Origin: Hypanus sabinus
Lineage: Eukaryota
Assembly (NCBI RefSeq): GCF_030144855.1
Contig: NW_026780939.1
Location: 434,001 to 498,000 of the forward strand
Length of the DNA: 64,000 nucleotides
Direction: 5' to 3'
The position numbers were made by a program, and so were the translations under genes. This document shows positions 51,840 through 62,120 of the stretch, piece by piece. The notes under the pieces were generated by a model. The model made no database searches and was not told the origin of the DNA. It worked only from the letters and a program-made list of their open reading frames with translations. Numbering within the stretch: position 1 is the stretch's first letter; every line of letters begins with the position of its first letter.

Positions 51840-54800
51840 AAGCGGCCTGATCGAGGGAAGTGCCTGGTGTGAAATTGCCAGTCTTTGGCCCGAGAGATTC
51901 TGGCAGTTTTGGCAGTTGAATAGTGCAATCAAAGAGGGAGAGCTCTAGCGGAGCGGCATGTCAGAAAGCGGCCTGGTTGAGGGAAGTGCCTGGTGTGAAA
52001 TTGCCAGTCTTTGGCAGGAGAGTCTTCGGCGAGGAGGCTGAGGAAGGAGATTACACCAGGCACGATTGGAGAGGGTGAAGACATGACCGCTAAGCTGATT
52101 CTGTGTGCTCCGTGCATGATGTGGGAGGTCAGGGACACTAATGGTGACCCCGGCTGCTACAGCTGTGGAAGGTGTGTCCAGATTCAGCTTCTGAAGCAGC
52201 ATGTTGCAGCACTGAAGAAAGAACTGGATGACCTCAGGTTTATCCGCGAAAACGAGAGTTTTCTGGACAGGACCTACAGTGAGGTCATTACACCGAGGAT
52301 ACTGGAAGACAGAAAGGGGCGATGATGAGGAAGGAAAGGATGACTGAAATACAGGAGACGGCAGGGGATGTTCCTCTCATAAACAGCTTCACCCTCTTGG
52401 ATGCTGTCAGGACAGAAGATAATACCAGTCTGAAAGGCGGACTGGTCTTCGAGGCGAAAATTGGTGCAGAAGTGGAGCCGAGGAGTCAGACATCAGGAAG
52501 AGCCGTGGTAGTAGGGGACTCCTGAGTAAGAGGTACAGAAAGGGGTTTCTGCGGCAACAGGCGAGATTTAAGGATGGTGTGTTGCCTCCCTGGTGCCAGG
52601 ATTCAGGACATCACGGACCGATTGCAGAGAATCCTCAAGGGTGAAGGTGAACAGCCGGAAGTTGTAGTGCATGTCGGCATAAATGACATCGGGAAGAAGA
52701 GGAAGGACATTCTGCAGTGGGACTTCAGAGAATTCGGAAGAAATCTGAAAAGCAGGACTTCCAGGGTGGTTATCTTTGGTTTGCTTCCAGTTCCTCATGC
52801 GGGAGAGGGCAGGCACAGGGAGATAATGGATCTGAATGTGTGGCAGAGGAACTGGTGCGGGAAGCAAGGATTTACATTCTTGGACCACTGAGTTCTGTTT
52901 TGGGGTAGGGATGAATTGTACAAAAGGGACGGGTTGCACCTTAATAGGCGGGGGATCAGCATTCTGGCAGACAGGTTTGCCTCTGGAACACGGATGTGTT
53001 TAAACTAAGTAGTGGGGCGGGGGGGAGGGGATGAACTGGAAATATAAGGATGGAGTTAAAGGGAAAGTGAAAATAAGAAAAGTTAAAAGAACAACAGAAT
53101 CAATGGAGTAGAAAGCTCAAGAAGAGATCATACAGTGTGGCCAAGTGAAATAGGAATTGATATGAAAGGAGAGGGGAGTAACGAATTAAAAGTATTGTAT
53201 ATGAATGCACGAAGTATCCGGAATAAAGTAGATGAGCTTGAGGCTCAGTTGGAAATTGGCAAGTACGATATTGTGGGAATAACAGAGACATGGATTCAAG
53301 CGGACAGGGCCTGGGAAATGCATATTCAAGGATACACGTCTTGTCGAAAGGACCGACTGACAGGCAGAGGGGTGGAGTGGCTCTGTTGGTGAGGAATGAT
53401 ATTCAGTCCCTTGCGAGGGGGGACATAGAATCAGGGAATGTAGAGTCAGTATGGATAGAACTGAGAAATTCTAAGGGTAGGAAGACCCTAATGGGAGTTA
53501 GCTGCAGGCCCCCAGATAGCTATCTGGATGTAGGGTGTAAATTGAATGAAGAGTTAAAATTGGCATGGCGCAAAGATAATGATACATTTGTCATGGGGGA
53601 TTTTAACATGGGAGAATCAGACTGGGAGAATCAGAATGGTACTGGACCCCAAGGAAAGGAGTGTGTGGAGTGTCTCCTAGATGGATTCTTAGAACAGCTT
53701 GTACTGCAGCCTACCAGGGAGAAGGCAATTCTAGATTTAGTGTTGTGCATTGAACCGGATTTCATCAGGGACCTCGAGGTAAAGGAACCATTAGGAGGTA
53801 GTGACCATAATATGATATGTTTTAACCTACAATTTGAGAAGGAGAAGGGAAAATCGGATGTGTCAGCATTACAGTTGGACAAAGGGAACTATGGAGCTAT
53901 GAGGGAGGAGCTGGCCAAAGTTCAATGCAACAATACCCGAGCAGGGAAGACAGTGGAACAACGGCGGGTATTTCTGGAAATAATGCACAAGGTGCAGGAT
54001 CAGTTCATTCCAAAGAGGAAGAAAGATCCTGAGGGGAGTCAAGGGCGGCCGTGGCTGACGAGAGAAGTAAAGGGCAGTATAAAAATAAAAGAAAAGTATA
54101 ACATAGCAAAGATGAGCGGGAAACCGGAGGACTGGGAAGCTTTTAAAGAGCAACAGAAGATAACTAAAAAGGCAGTACGCCAAGAAAAAATGAGGTACGA
54201 AGGTACACTAGCCAAGAATATAAAGGATGATAGTAAAATCTTCTTCAGATATATGAATAGCAAAAAAAAAATAGTTAAGACCAAAATTGGGCCATTTAAG
54301 ACAGAAATGGGTGAATTTATTATGGGGAACAAGGAAATGGCAGATCAGTTGAACAAGTACTTTGGATCTGTCTTCACTAGGGAAGACACAAACAAACTCC
54401 CAGATGTATTTGTGGCCAAAGGAACGAGGGTAAAGGATGAACTGAAGGAAACTTACATTAGGCAAGAAACGGTGTTGGACAGACTGTGGAGTCTGAAGTC
54501 TGTTAAGTCCCCGGGACCTGATGGTCTGCATCCCAGGGTACTTAAAGAAGTGGCTCTTGAAATCGTGGACGCATTGGTAATCATTTTCCAATGTTCTATA
54601 GATTCAGGAACAGTTCCTGCTGACTGGAGGGTGGCTAATGTTGTCCCACTTCTCAAGAAATAAGGGAGAGAGAAAACAGGGAATTATAGACCGATTCGCC
54701 TGACGTCAGTGATGGGAAAGATGCTGGAGTCAATTACAAACGATGAAATTACGACACATTTGGATTGCAGCAGAAGGATCAGTCCGAGTCAGCATGGAAT

Positions 54801-54970
54801 TATGAAGGGAAAATCATGCTTAACTAATCTTCTGGAGGTTTTTGAGGATGTAACTATGAATATGGACAAGGGACAGCCAGTGGATGTAGTGTACCTGTAC
54901 TTCCAGAAAGCTTTCGATAAAGTCCCACAGAGGGATTAGTGGGAAAAATATTCTCTATTGTCTATTGTCC
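51840..54970 (+). mobile_element. CR1 LINE with 5'UTR, ORF1 (CxxC, coiled coil, esterase), endonuclease and 5' half of RT; RT 3' half missing
   Basis: ORFs 52011-52325, 52574-52891, 53135-53392, 53290-54663, 54709-54939; (ctattgt) tail remnant at ~54950-54968. Confidence 0.9.
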
Positions 54971-55269
54971 CCTCCGTCGCACCTCTCTCCCCCTCTCTCC
55001 ATCTCTGTCTCTTTCTCTACATTCTATTCCCCCTGAGACACCCTTCTAACCATTAACTCGTGCTTTCCTGGAAACGTGCTTTGTTTCTTTTCTTGCTGAT
55101 CTGCGGAAGTAAAACCAAAACACCGATGTTACTCGACTCAAAACCGCCTTGAACCTCTTCAGAGAAATCCTCGGCCGATCTCAGACTCTGCTGTCTCCGC
55201 AGCCAGTGAGGCAGAGCGCAGGCGCACCGTCTACTCCGTTCCGCACACCCCGACACTGCCGGTCAGATA

Positions 55270-55579
55270 GGGTGGAGCAAATCAGCCAATAGCAGCGTGA
55301 GGACATGCGACCATCAGGGTGGAAAGGGCGTGGCCAGCTTTCCTGACTCACTTCATTCTCGAAAGGGCAGCAGCAGCGATTACGCCTTCTTCTGGTACAG
55401 AAAAATACTCCGGGAAGGAGATTCACAACCTATTTTAATCCACGGGTGTTAACATTGCCTATCCTCAGGAGGCGGTCGACGGATTCACCGCCCAGAGACC
55501 GGATGCCGAGTCGTTCTTTCTGAGTTCTCCCGGCGCGCTGCCCAACCATTCGGCCGTCTATTTCTGCGGGTGGAGTCTT
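55270..55579 (+). pseudogene. TRBV: TCR beta V-like segment 1 (pseudogene); 5' boundary uncertain
   Basis: FFWYRK, then a +1 frameshift in the A run 55401-55405 and TAA at 55436-55438, then DGFTAQRPDAESFFLSS...HSAVYFCGWSL directly before an RSS. Confidence 0.8.
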
Positions 55580-55618
55580 CACAGTGACTCAGAGACACAC
55601 TGGCGCCGAACAAAAACC
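55580..55618 (+). promoter_or_regulatory. V(D)J recombination signal, 23-bp spacer
   Basis: CACAGTG + 23 nt + ACAAAAACC (full consensus). Confidence 0.95.
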
Positions 55619-55842
55619 TTCCAACGTGACAGGAAACAGCTGGCGGTGGGGCTGGCCAGGTGCAAGCACAGACTCTCTTCGCTCTCTCTATCACACTTTC
55701 CCGTTCTTTCTCTCTTTATTCTGCCTCGCTCTCACGTCCCCCTACTCTTCCCTCTCTTCCCGAGTTTCCTCTCCATGTCTCTCCCAAAACTCAGCGGATA
55801 AAGACTCGTTGTATTTACACGATCTGCAACGTTCATAAAATA

Positions 55843-57995
55843 AAAACATAGAAACATAGAAAATAGGTGCAGGGGTAGGCCATTGGGCCCTTCGAGCCTG
55901 CACTGCCATTCGGTATGATCATGGCTGATCTTCCAACTCAGAACCCTGTACCTGCTTTCTCTCCATACCCCCGATCCCTTTAGCCACAAGGGCAATATCT
56001 ACATCACTCTTAAATATAACCAATGAACTGGCCTCAACTGTTTCCTGTGGCAGAGAATTCCACAGATTCACCACTCTCTGTGTGAATAAAAAAGGCATCC
56101 CCTTTATCCTTAAACTGTGGCCCCTCTTTCTGGACCTTCCCAACGTCGGAAACAATCTTCCTGCATCTAGCGTGTCCAATCCCTTTAGAATGTTTACACG
56201 TTTCAATAAGATCCCCCCTCAGTCCTCTAAATTCCAGTGAGATTAAGCCTAGTCGATCCAGTCTTTCTTCATATGAAAGTCCTGCCATCCCAGGAATCAA
56301 TCTGGTGAACATTCTTTGTGCTACCTCTATGACAGGAATATATTTCATCATATTAGGGGACCAAAACTGCACACAATACTCCAGGTGCGGTCTCACTAAG
56401 GCCTTCTACAGCTGCAGTAGAACCTCCCTGCTCCTGTACTCGAATCCTCTTGCTAGAATGCCAACATACCATTCGCCTTTTTCACCGCCTGCTCTACCTG
56501 CGTGCCTACCTTCAATGACTGGTGTACAATGACACCCAGGTCTCGTTGCATCTCTGCTTTTCATAATCGGCCACCATTCAGATAATAATCTGTTTTCCTG
56601 TTCTTGCAACCAAACTGGATAACCTCACAGTTATCCAGGTTAAATTGCATCTGCCATGAATTTGCCCACTCACCTAACCTCTCCAAGTCACCCTGTATCC
56701 TCTTAGCATCCTCCTCGCAGCTAACACCACCGCCCAGCTTCGTGTCATCCGCAAACTTGGAGATGCTGCTTTTATTTCTCTCGCCTAAACCATTAATATA
56801 TATTGTAAACAACTGGGGTCCCAGCACTGAGCCTTGCGGTGCCCCACTAGTCACTGCCTGCCATTCTCAAAAGATCCCATTTATTCCCACTTCGTGCTTC
56901 CTGTTTGCCAACCAATTCTCTATCCACATCAATACCATACCTCCTATACTGTGTGCTTTAACTTTGCAAACCAATTTCCTGCGTGGGACCTTGTCAAATG
57001 CCTTTTGAAAATCCAACTATACCACATCCACTGGCTTTCCCCTATCCACTCTACTAGTTACATCTTCAAAAAATTCTATAAGATTCGTCAGACATGATTT
57101 CCCTTTCACAAATCCATGCTGACTTTGTCCGATGATTTCACCTCATCCCAAATGTGCTGTTATCACATCTTTGATAACCGACTCCAGCATTTTCCCCACC
57201 ACCGATATCGGGCTAACCGGTCTATAATTCCCCGGTTTCTCTCTCTCTCCTTTTTTAAAAAGTGGAGTTACATTAGCCACCCTCGAATCCTCGGGAACTA
57301 TTCCAAAATCTAAGGAGTTTTGAAAAATTATCACTAATGCATCCACTATTTCTTGCGCTACTTCCTTAAGCACTCTGAGATGCAAACCATATGGCCCTGG
57401 GGATTTATCTGCCTTTAATCCCTTCAATTTCCCTAACACCACTTCCTTACTAAAATGTACTTCCCTCAATTCCTCAGTTTCACTAGACCCTCGGTCCCCT
57501 ACTATTTCCGGTAGATTATTAATGTCCCCCTTAGTGAAGACAAAACCACAGTAGTTATTCAATTCGTCTGTCATGTCCTTTCAATGTCCTTTCATGATCA
57601 ATTCACCTGTCTTTGACTGTTAGGGACCTGCATTTGTCTTAACCAATATTTTTCTTTTCACTAATCTAGAAAAGCTTTTCAGTCAGTTTTTATTTTCTCT
57701 GCCAGCTTTCTCTCATAATCATTTTTCCCTTTCCTAATTCAGCCCTTTGTCCTCCTCTGTCGGACTCTGAATTGTTCCCGGTCCTCAGGTGTGTCGCTTT
57801 TTCTGGCTAATTTGTATATTTCTTCGTTGGACTTGATACTACCCCTAATGTACCTTGTCAACCACGGGTGCACTACCTTCCCTAGTTTATTCTTTTGCCA
57901 TACTGGGAGGAACAACTGGTGCAGTTCTTCCATGCGATCTTTAAATGCTTGCCATTGCATATCCACCGTCAACCCTTTAAGTATCATTTGCCAGT
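55843..57995 (-). mobile_element. CR1 ORF2 (RT and 3' end, 5' truncated)
   Basis: KADKSPGPYG, YRPVSPISVVGK, SGAPQGSVLGP, FADDTKLG, RPHLEYCVQFWSP; (ttctatgt)-type tail at ~55845. Confidence 0.9.
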
Positions 57996-59305
57996 TTATC
58001 TTACTCTTTCAACTCTCCCCTCCTTTTCCTTCGCTCCCGGGGATGAATACCCAACCCACTCGTCACTTCCATCAAATCAACATACCCCGGCAGCCGGGGT
58101 ATGCCGAATAGATTCTCCCTTCACACTTTCAAGGGAGGTGATCGGAACGGCACACTATACGGAAATTTTGGTCTGGACAACGTCCTACAAAGCGGCAATA
58201 TTACATTTCATCTCTTGTGTGGAATACTTTTATTACTGAGGGCCGTCTGGCAGCGACAATCATTCCACATTAAATATATTTTTCTTTATTCATTTGCTTG
58301 TTTGTTTGCTTGTTTAGCGACACAGCGCAGAATGCCCCTTCGTGCCAGGCAGCCCCGGCAATGAACACCCTCCCAATTAACCCTGATTACTGTCACCAAT
58401 TAGCCTAGACGGCACGTCTTTAGGTTGTGTTAGAAATAGAAGAACCCGGGGAAAATTCACTTAGTGCCGCGACCTGTATTGATCTCTGAACTCCGATAGG
58501 CCCCGAGATGTAATGGCGTCGCACTAATCCCTAACCATAGCGCCCAAGGCTGCAATCCAGTTGATGGGTCCGCCTCGTCGAGGTGGATTCCACTTTAAGA
58601 TGGCCAGTGCAGTCTCCACCTCAGCACAATTCACACTTATCCTCGGTAAAATAAAATCAGCGCTCACTTGGTTTTATCTCAGGTGACGCAACTTTAATCC
58701 GGCTGTCGTTTACTGTTTTTTTTTCCCCGGTGAATATAATGCAGCGGCATCAAAGCTCATGAACCAACAGTTTATGTTTCCCGTATTGCCCAAGTTCACC
58801 GCACACGAAGGTGTTAGCAAGTTTGCACTACACGATACAATAGACTGACCCTTTATTTGTCCACGAGGGACGGTGGAAATGGAGAAAGAGAACGAGAGAG
58901 ACCGATCACGGAGTAAGGGCGATCAGCGCTACCAAGTGGGGTACAGCGTGCAATTTCAGGAGTTGGAAACAAAAGCGTCGGGACCACTTGGCAATTTGCG
59001 ACGACTTAGTGAAGAATTCATTTCCAAAATATGTCACCGGTACCGAGGGCAAACAAGCACAAGGAGCCCCACGCCGTTGAAACAACCTCACGCCCATGCG
59101 AATTCTCCGGAGATCATTGGACGACGGCGAGCCAATCAAATCCCGCGTTTGCACTTGGCCTCAGCCCACTTCCTGCGTCTATTGGGTGGGGGCGGGACTC
59201 AGAGCTCATCCAGCTCACCAACTCCGCGTTTCTCCCAGTCCAACGCAATCAGAAAACGAGACAAGAGCCCACGCCAGGCGCAGACGCTGCAGCCAAAGCC
59301 CAAAA

Positions 59306-59351
59306 ATGAAATTCCTCTCCCTTCTTCTGGGTTATATTTTTTACTGCTCCG
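59306..59351 (+). pseudogene. TRBV: Leader exon of TCR beta V-like segment 2
   Basis: MKFLSLLLGYIFYCS then G|GTAAGT donor, phase 1. Confidence 0.8.
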
Positions 59352-59704
59352 GTAAGTAAATTTCAGCTCCAGTATTCAACCCTTCAGCCAATCATGTCTT
59401 CAACTCCACAACTTTTTTTAAGAATTACCTTTCTGTCCAATTCCAACACCACCTGAATATTTGTTATTTCAGTACAGTAAAATGTTTATTGGCTTCGAGT
59501 AGTTTCAGAAATAAATAGTGTGTTGGTGAGAATACATCGATAGCTACGTAGGGGCTAGTAAATAGTCGCGGACCGAATGGACAGATTGTGCTCCTGTGCG
59601 TAGTCGTCCCTCTGCTTTCGCTCACTCACACGTCGCTGACCATTTCTTCTGTGCCCAGCTCCCCCTACTCACTGACCGTTCTCTTCTCCCTGTCTTTGGG
59701 CCAG

Positions 59705-59928
59705 AGGCGAATTCGCAGAAGATCCATCAGACTCCGCAGGCTGTCTCCGCGCCTCCAGGGAAGGATGTCCGACTGAACTGCACGCTATCCGGAGGCACAG
59801 ATATAGTAACTCCGGACAAAGCCGTGGAGGGTTTCATCGCCAAGAGGCCTTAGGGAAAGACCTTCTTTCTAACAAACGACTAGATCTGGGCAAATCACTC
59901 GGCCGTGTACTTCTGCGCCTGGAGTCGA
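59705..59928 (+). pseudogene. TRBV: TCR beta V-like segment 2 (pseudogene: in-frame deletion of CDR1-FR2-CDR2 and two stops)
   Basis: EANSQKIHQTPQAVSAPPGKDVRLNCTLSGGTD / IVTPDKAVEGFIAKRP*...*IWANHSAVYFCAWSR; TAG at 59851 and 59881; conserved FR2 Trp absent. Confidence 0.88.
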
Positions 59929-59967
59929 CACAGTGGCTCAGAGAAATGGGGCGACGCGACAAAAATC
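59929..59967 (+). promoter_or_regulatory. V(D)J recombination signal, 23-bp spacer
   Basis: CACAGTG + 23 nt + ACAAAAATC. Confidence 0.92.
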
Positions 59968-60079
59968 TACACGGTCATAAGAAGTATGGTTGAGCGCAGA
60001 GGAAATTACGAAATGGAACAGTACAGGAAATGATGCATGTTAAGCTAGGCGCATCTGCATACTGTCCATGTTCCTCCAT

Positions 60080-60310
60080 TCACTACTCGTTCAGGTACCT
60101 GTCCATCTGTCTCTTGTCACACCCGCCACCTCCACCACAACTATCCGCGCGTTTCAGGCAGCACCGCTCCCTGTGGAATGAAACTTGCCCCGCACACCTT
60201 GGACAAGAATAGTTACGAGGTGAACCAGCTCTTTCCCCAAGGACGTATGAATATTCAGCCTCCTTCAGATCCATCACCCTCCCGTTAATCAAATTTCTCG
60301 TCGTCTTCAC
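60080..60310 (-). mobile_element. Degenerate CR1 3' fragment between V2 and V3
   Basis: Decayed RG.FF.QRVV..WN...DRYLN-type end. Confidence 0.5.
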
Positions 60311-60765
60311 TCTATATAGATGTTCCGCTATTGTCAGACAGTAGCGATACCCTGTTCACTATTTTAACTCGCGTTGTCAATGAGCCTCTGTCGTATCTGC
60401 CTCCAGCTCCACCACCCGTCGCAGCACATTCCAGGCTCCCACCACACTCTGTGTTGAAAATACAAACAAACTGCCCTGCGTAACTCATTTCGTCACACCG
60501 TTATTGTCAGAAAACATTCATATTTTATCGGTTTTATTGGCGGAAACGGCACGGTAGCAGGCCTTTCGAGACATGACATCAGTTGCCCTACTCAAAGGCA
60601 GGAAGGAGTGTGAATCTTTGATGAAACAAGACGACGCCCAAGAGGTCACGTGGAGAATGTGCAAACTCCTCACAGTCCTTGTACGTGTTTTAATGAACAA
60701 GTGCGTGTTCTGTGCAGCACAGATCACTGACTCTCACAGATCACCTACTTTCTGTCGCCGGAGAA

Positions 60766-60804
60766 GGTTTTTGTCGGGTCCCGGCTTGTCGCTGAGCCAC
60801 TGTG
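60766..60804 (-). promoter_or_regulatory. V(D)J recombination signal, 23-bp spacer
   Basis: Minus strand CACAGTG + 23 nt + ACAAAAACC (full consensus). Confidence 0.95.
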
Positions 60805-61092
60805 TGGACTCCAGGCGCAGAAGTAAACGGCCGACTGCTCCGGGCGCACGCTGGCCGAGCTGAGAATGAATGTCTTTGTATCTGGTCTCCGGGCGGTGAA
60901 GCCGTCCACGGCCCCCTTTGGAATTACTGAGCCAGTATACGTGGAATGAAACAGGAACTGAATCGCCTTTCCCGGATATTGTCGGTACCACTAGAGACAA
61001 TTGCTATCGGTACCGTCGGCCAGGATTCATTCCAGCTCCACGCTCTCGCCGGGAGATTTGGAGAGAACCGGCGTGTCCTGGCGAGGTCGCTC
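60805..61092 (-). pseudogene. TRBV: TCR beta V-like segment 3 (pseudogene, inverted)
   Basis: ...SPGESVELE*ILADGTDSNCL*WYRQYPGKAIQFLFHS...DGFTARRPDTKTFILSS...QSAVYFCAWSP. Stop in place of the first Cys (61027-61029), TAG at 60991-60993, probable frameshift near the 5' end. The RP..FILSS and CAWS motifs resemble TRBV30. Confidence 0.9.
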
Positions 61093-61460
61093 CTGGGGAA
61101 GGGAACGGGAAGTGCGGAGAGTTAAGTGAATGGGAAGACCCGAGTACGGACGATCTATTGTTAAACGGGAGGACGGGGTTGAGAAGGAAACGAACCAGGT
61201 GCTCTGTCTCTCATCATCAACCCGTGCCGTCTCGTTTTAAGCGCCCGTTCCCGCCCCCTTTTAACTCCATGCCCTTATCCCCGACTTTCACGGAAATTAA
61301 ATTCTAACCCAAACAAACTCCCCCTGTGGCTCTGCGCGCAGATCCCCGCAACGTCTGGCTAAATCTTTACTGTACTGGTCCTAGTTTAACATCTTTCCGA
61401 TATAAGTGACCAAACCTGTTACGTATTGAAGAATAATTATTGCGTGAGATTATTTCTTAC

Positions 61461-61497
61461 TCCGAAGCAACGGCGCCAGGGCGAGAAACAGCAGCAT
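61461..61497 (-). pseudogene. TRBV: Leader exon of TCR beta V-like segment 3
   Basis: MLLFLALAPLLR then A|GTAAGA donor, phase 1; 368-bp intron, similar to the 353-bp intron of V2. Confidence 0.75.
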
Positions 61498-62046
61498 CCT
61501 CTCTCCGGGATCCTTCTCTGTGTTGTGAGTGGTAGCGACTGGGGAGAAAAGCGCCTCATCGATGCGCCGCCCCTTCCGGGCAGACTACCTGCAGTCCCCT
61601 TTCTGGTGTGGAGGAGCCAATCGGCAGGGTCGGAAAATGCTGAAGAGATGGACGCGTCCCGAAGCGTGTTCTATCTATTCATTTCCATAGCTGCGCCCTG
61701 ATCTGATCAGTTCCTGCAGCATTTACTGTGTATTGATTTAGATTTCCAGCATCTGCGGAATTTCTCCTGTTCAGAGGTTGGTAAACTCAGTCAGCTCCAT
61801 CATGAGCAGTAGCATCCCCAGAGTCAAGGACATCTTCCAGCGGCGAACCCTCCAAACGGCCGCATCCATTAACGACCCCCACCACCCAGGACATGCCCTC
61901 TTCCCATTTATACCCTCAGAGATGAGATACAGGAGACCGAGGAGCCACAGTCACTGATTCAGGAACAGCGTCTGCCCTCCGCCATTAGATTTCTGATCGG
62001 CAAATGAGCACCATGAACACTAATTCAGTCTTCCCCCGCCCACATT

Positions 62047-62049
62047 GTG

Positions 62050-62113
<64 letters not shown>

Positions 62114-62120
62114 CGCGCGC
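62047..62120 (+). repeat. (TG)n followed by (CG)n alternating purine-pyrimidine tract
   Basis: Direct reading. Confidence 0.95.

Noticed and set aside
55065-55115. Leader exon of V segment 1 (RALFLFLLICG then GTAAAA)
   Set aside because: Hydrophobic and followed by a possible donor, but there is no ATG and the acceptor is ambiguous; too weak to call.
60443-60470. Cryptic 12-RSS (CACACTC + 12 + ACAAACAAA) facing the V3 23-RSS
   Set aside because: Only 5/7 and 6/9 matches, lies in CR1-like 3' sequence, and no D or J coding segment is adjacent.
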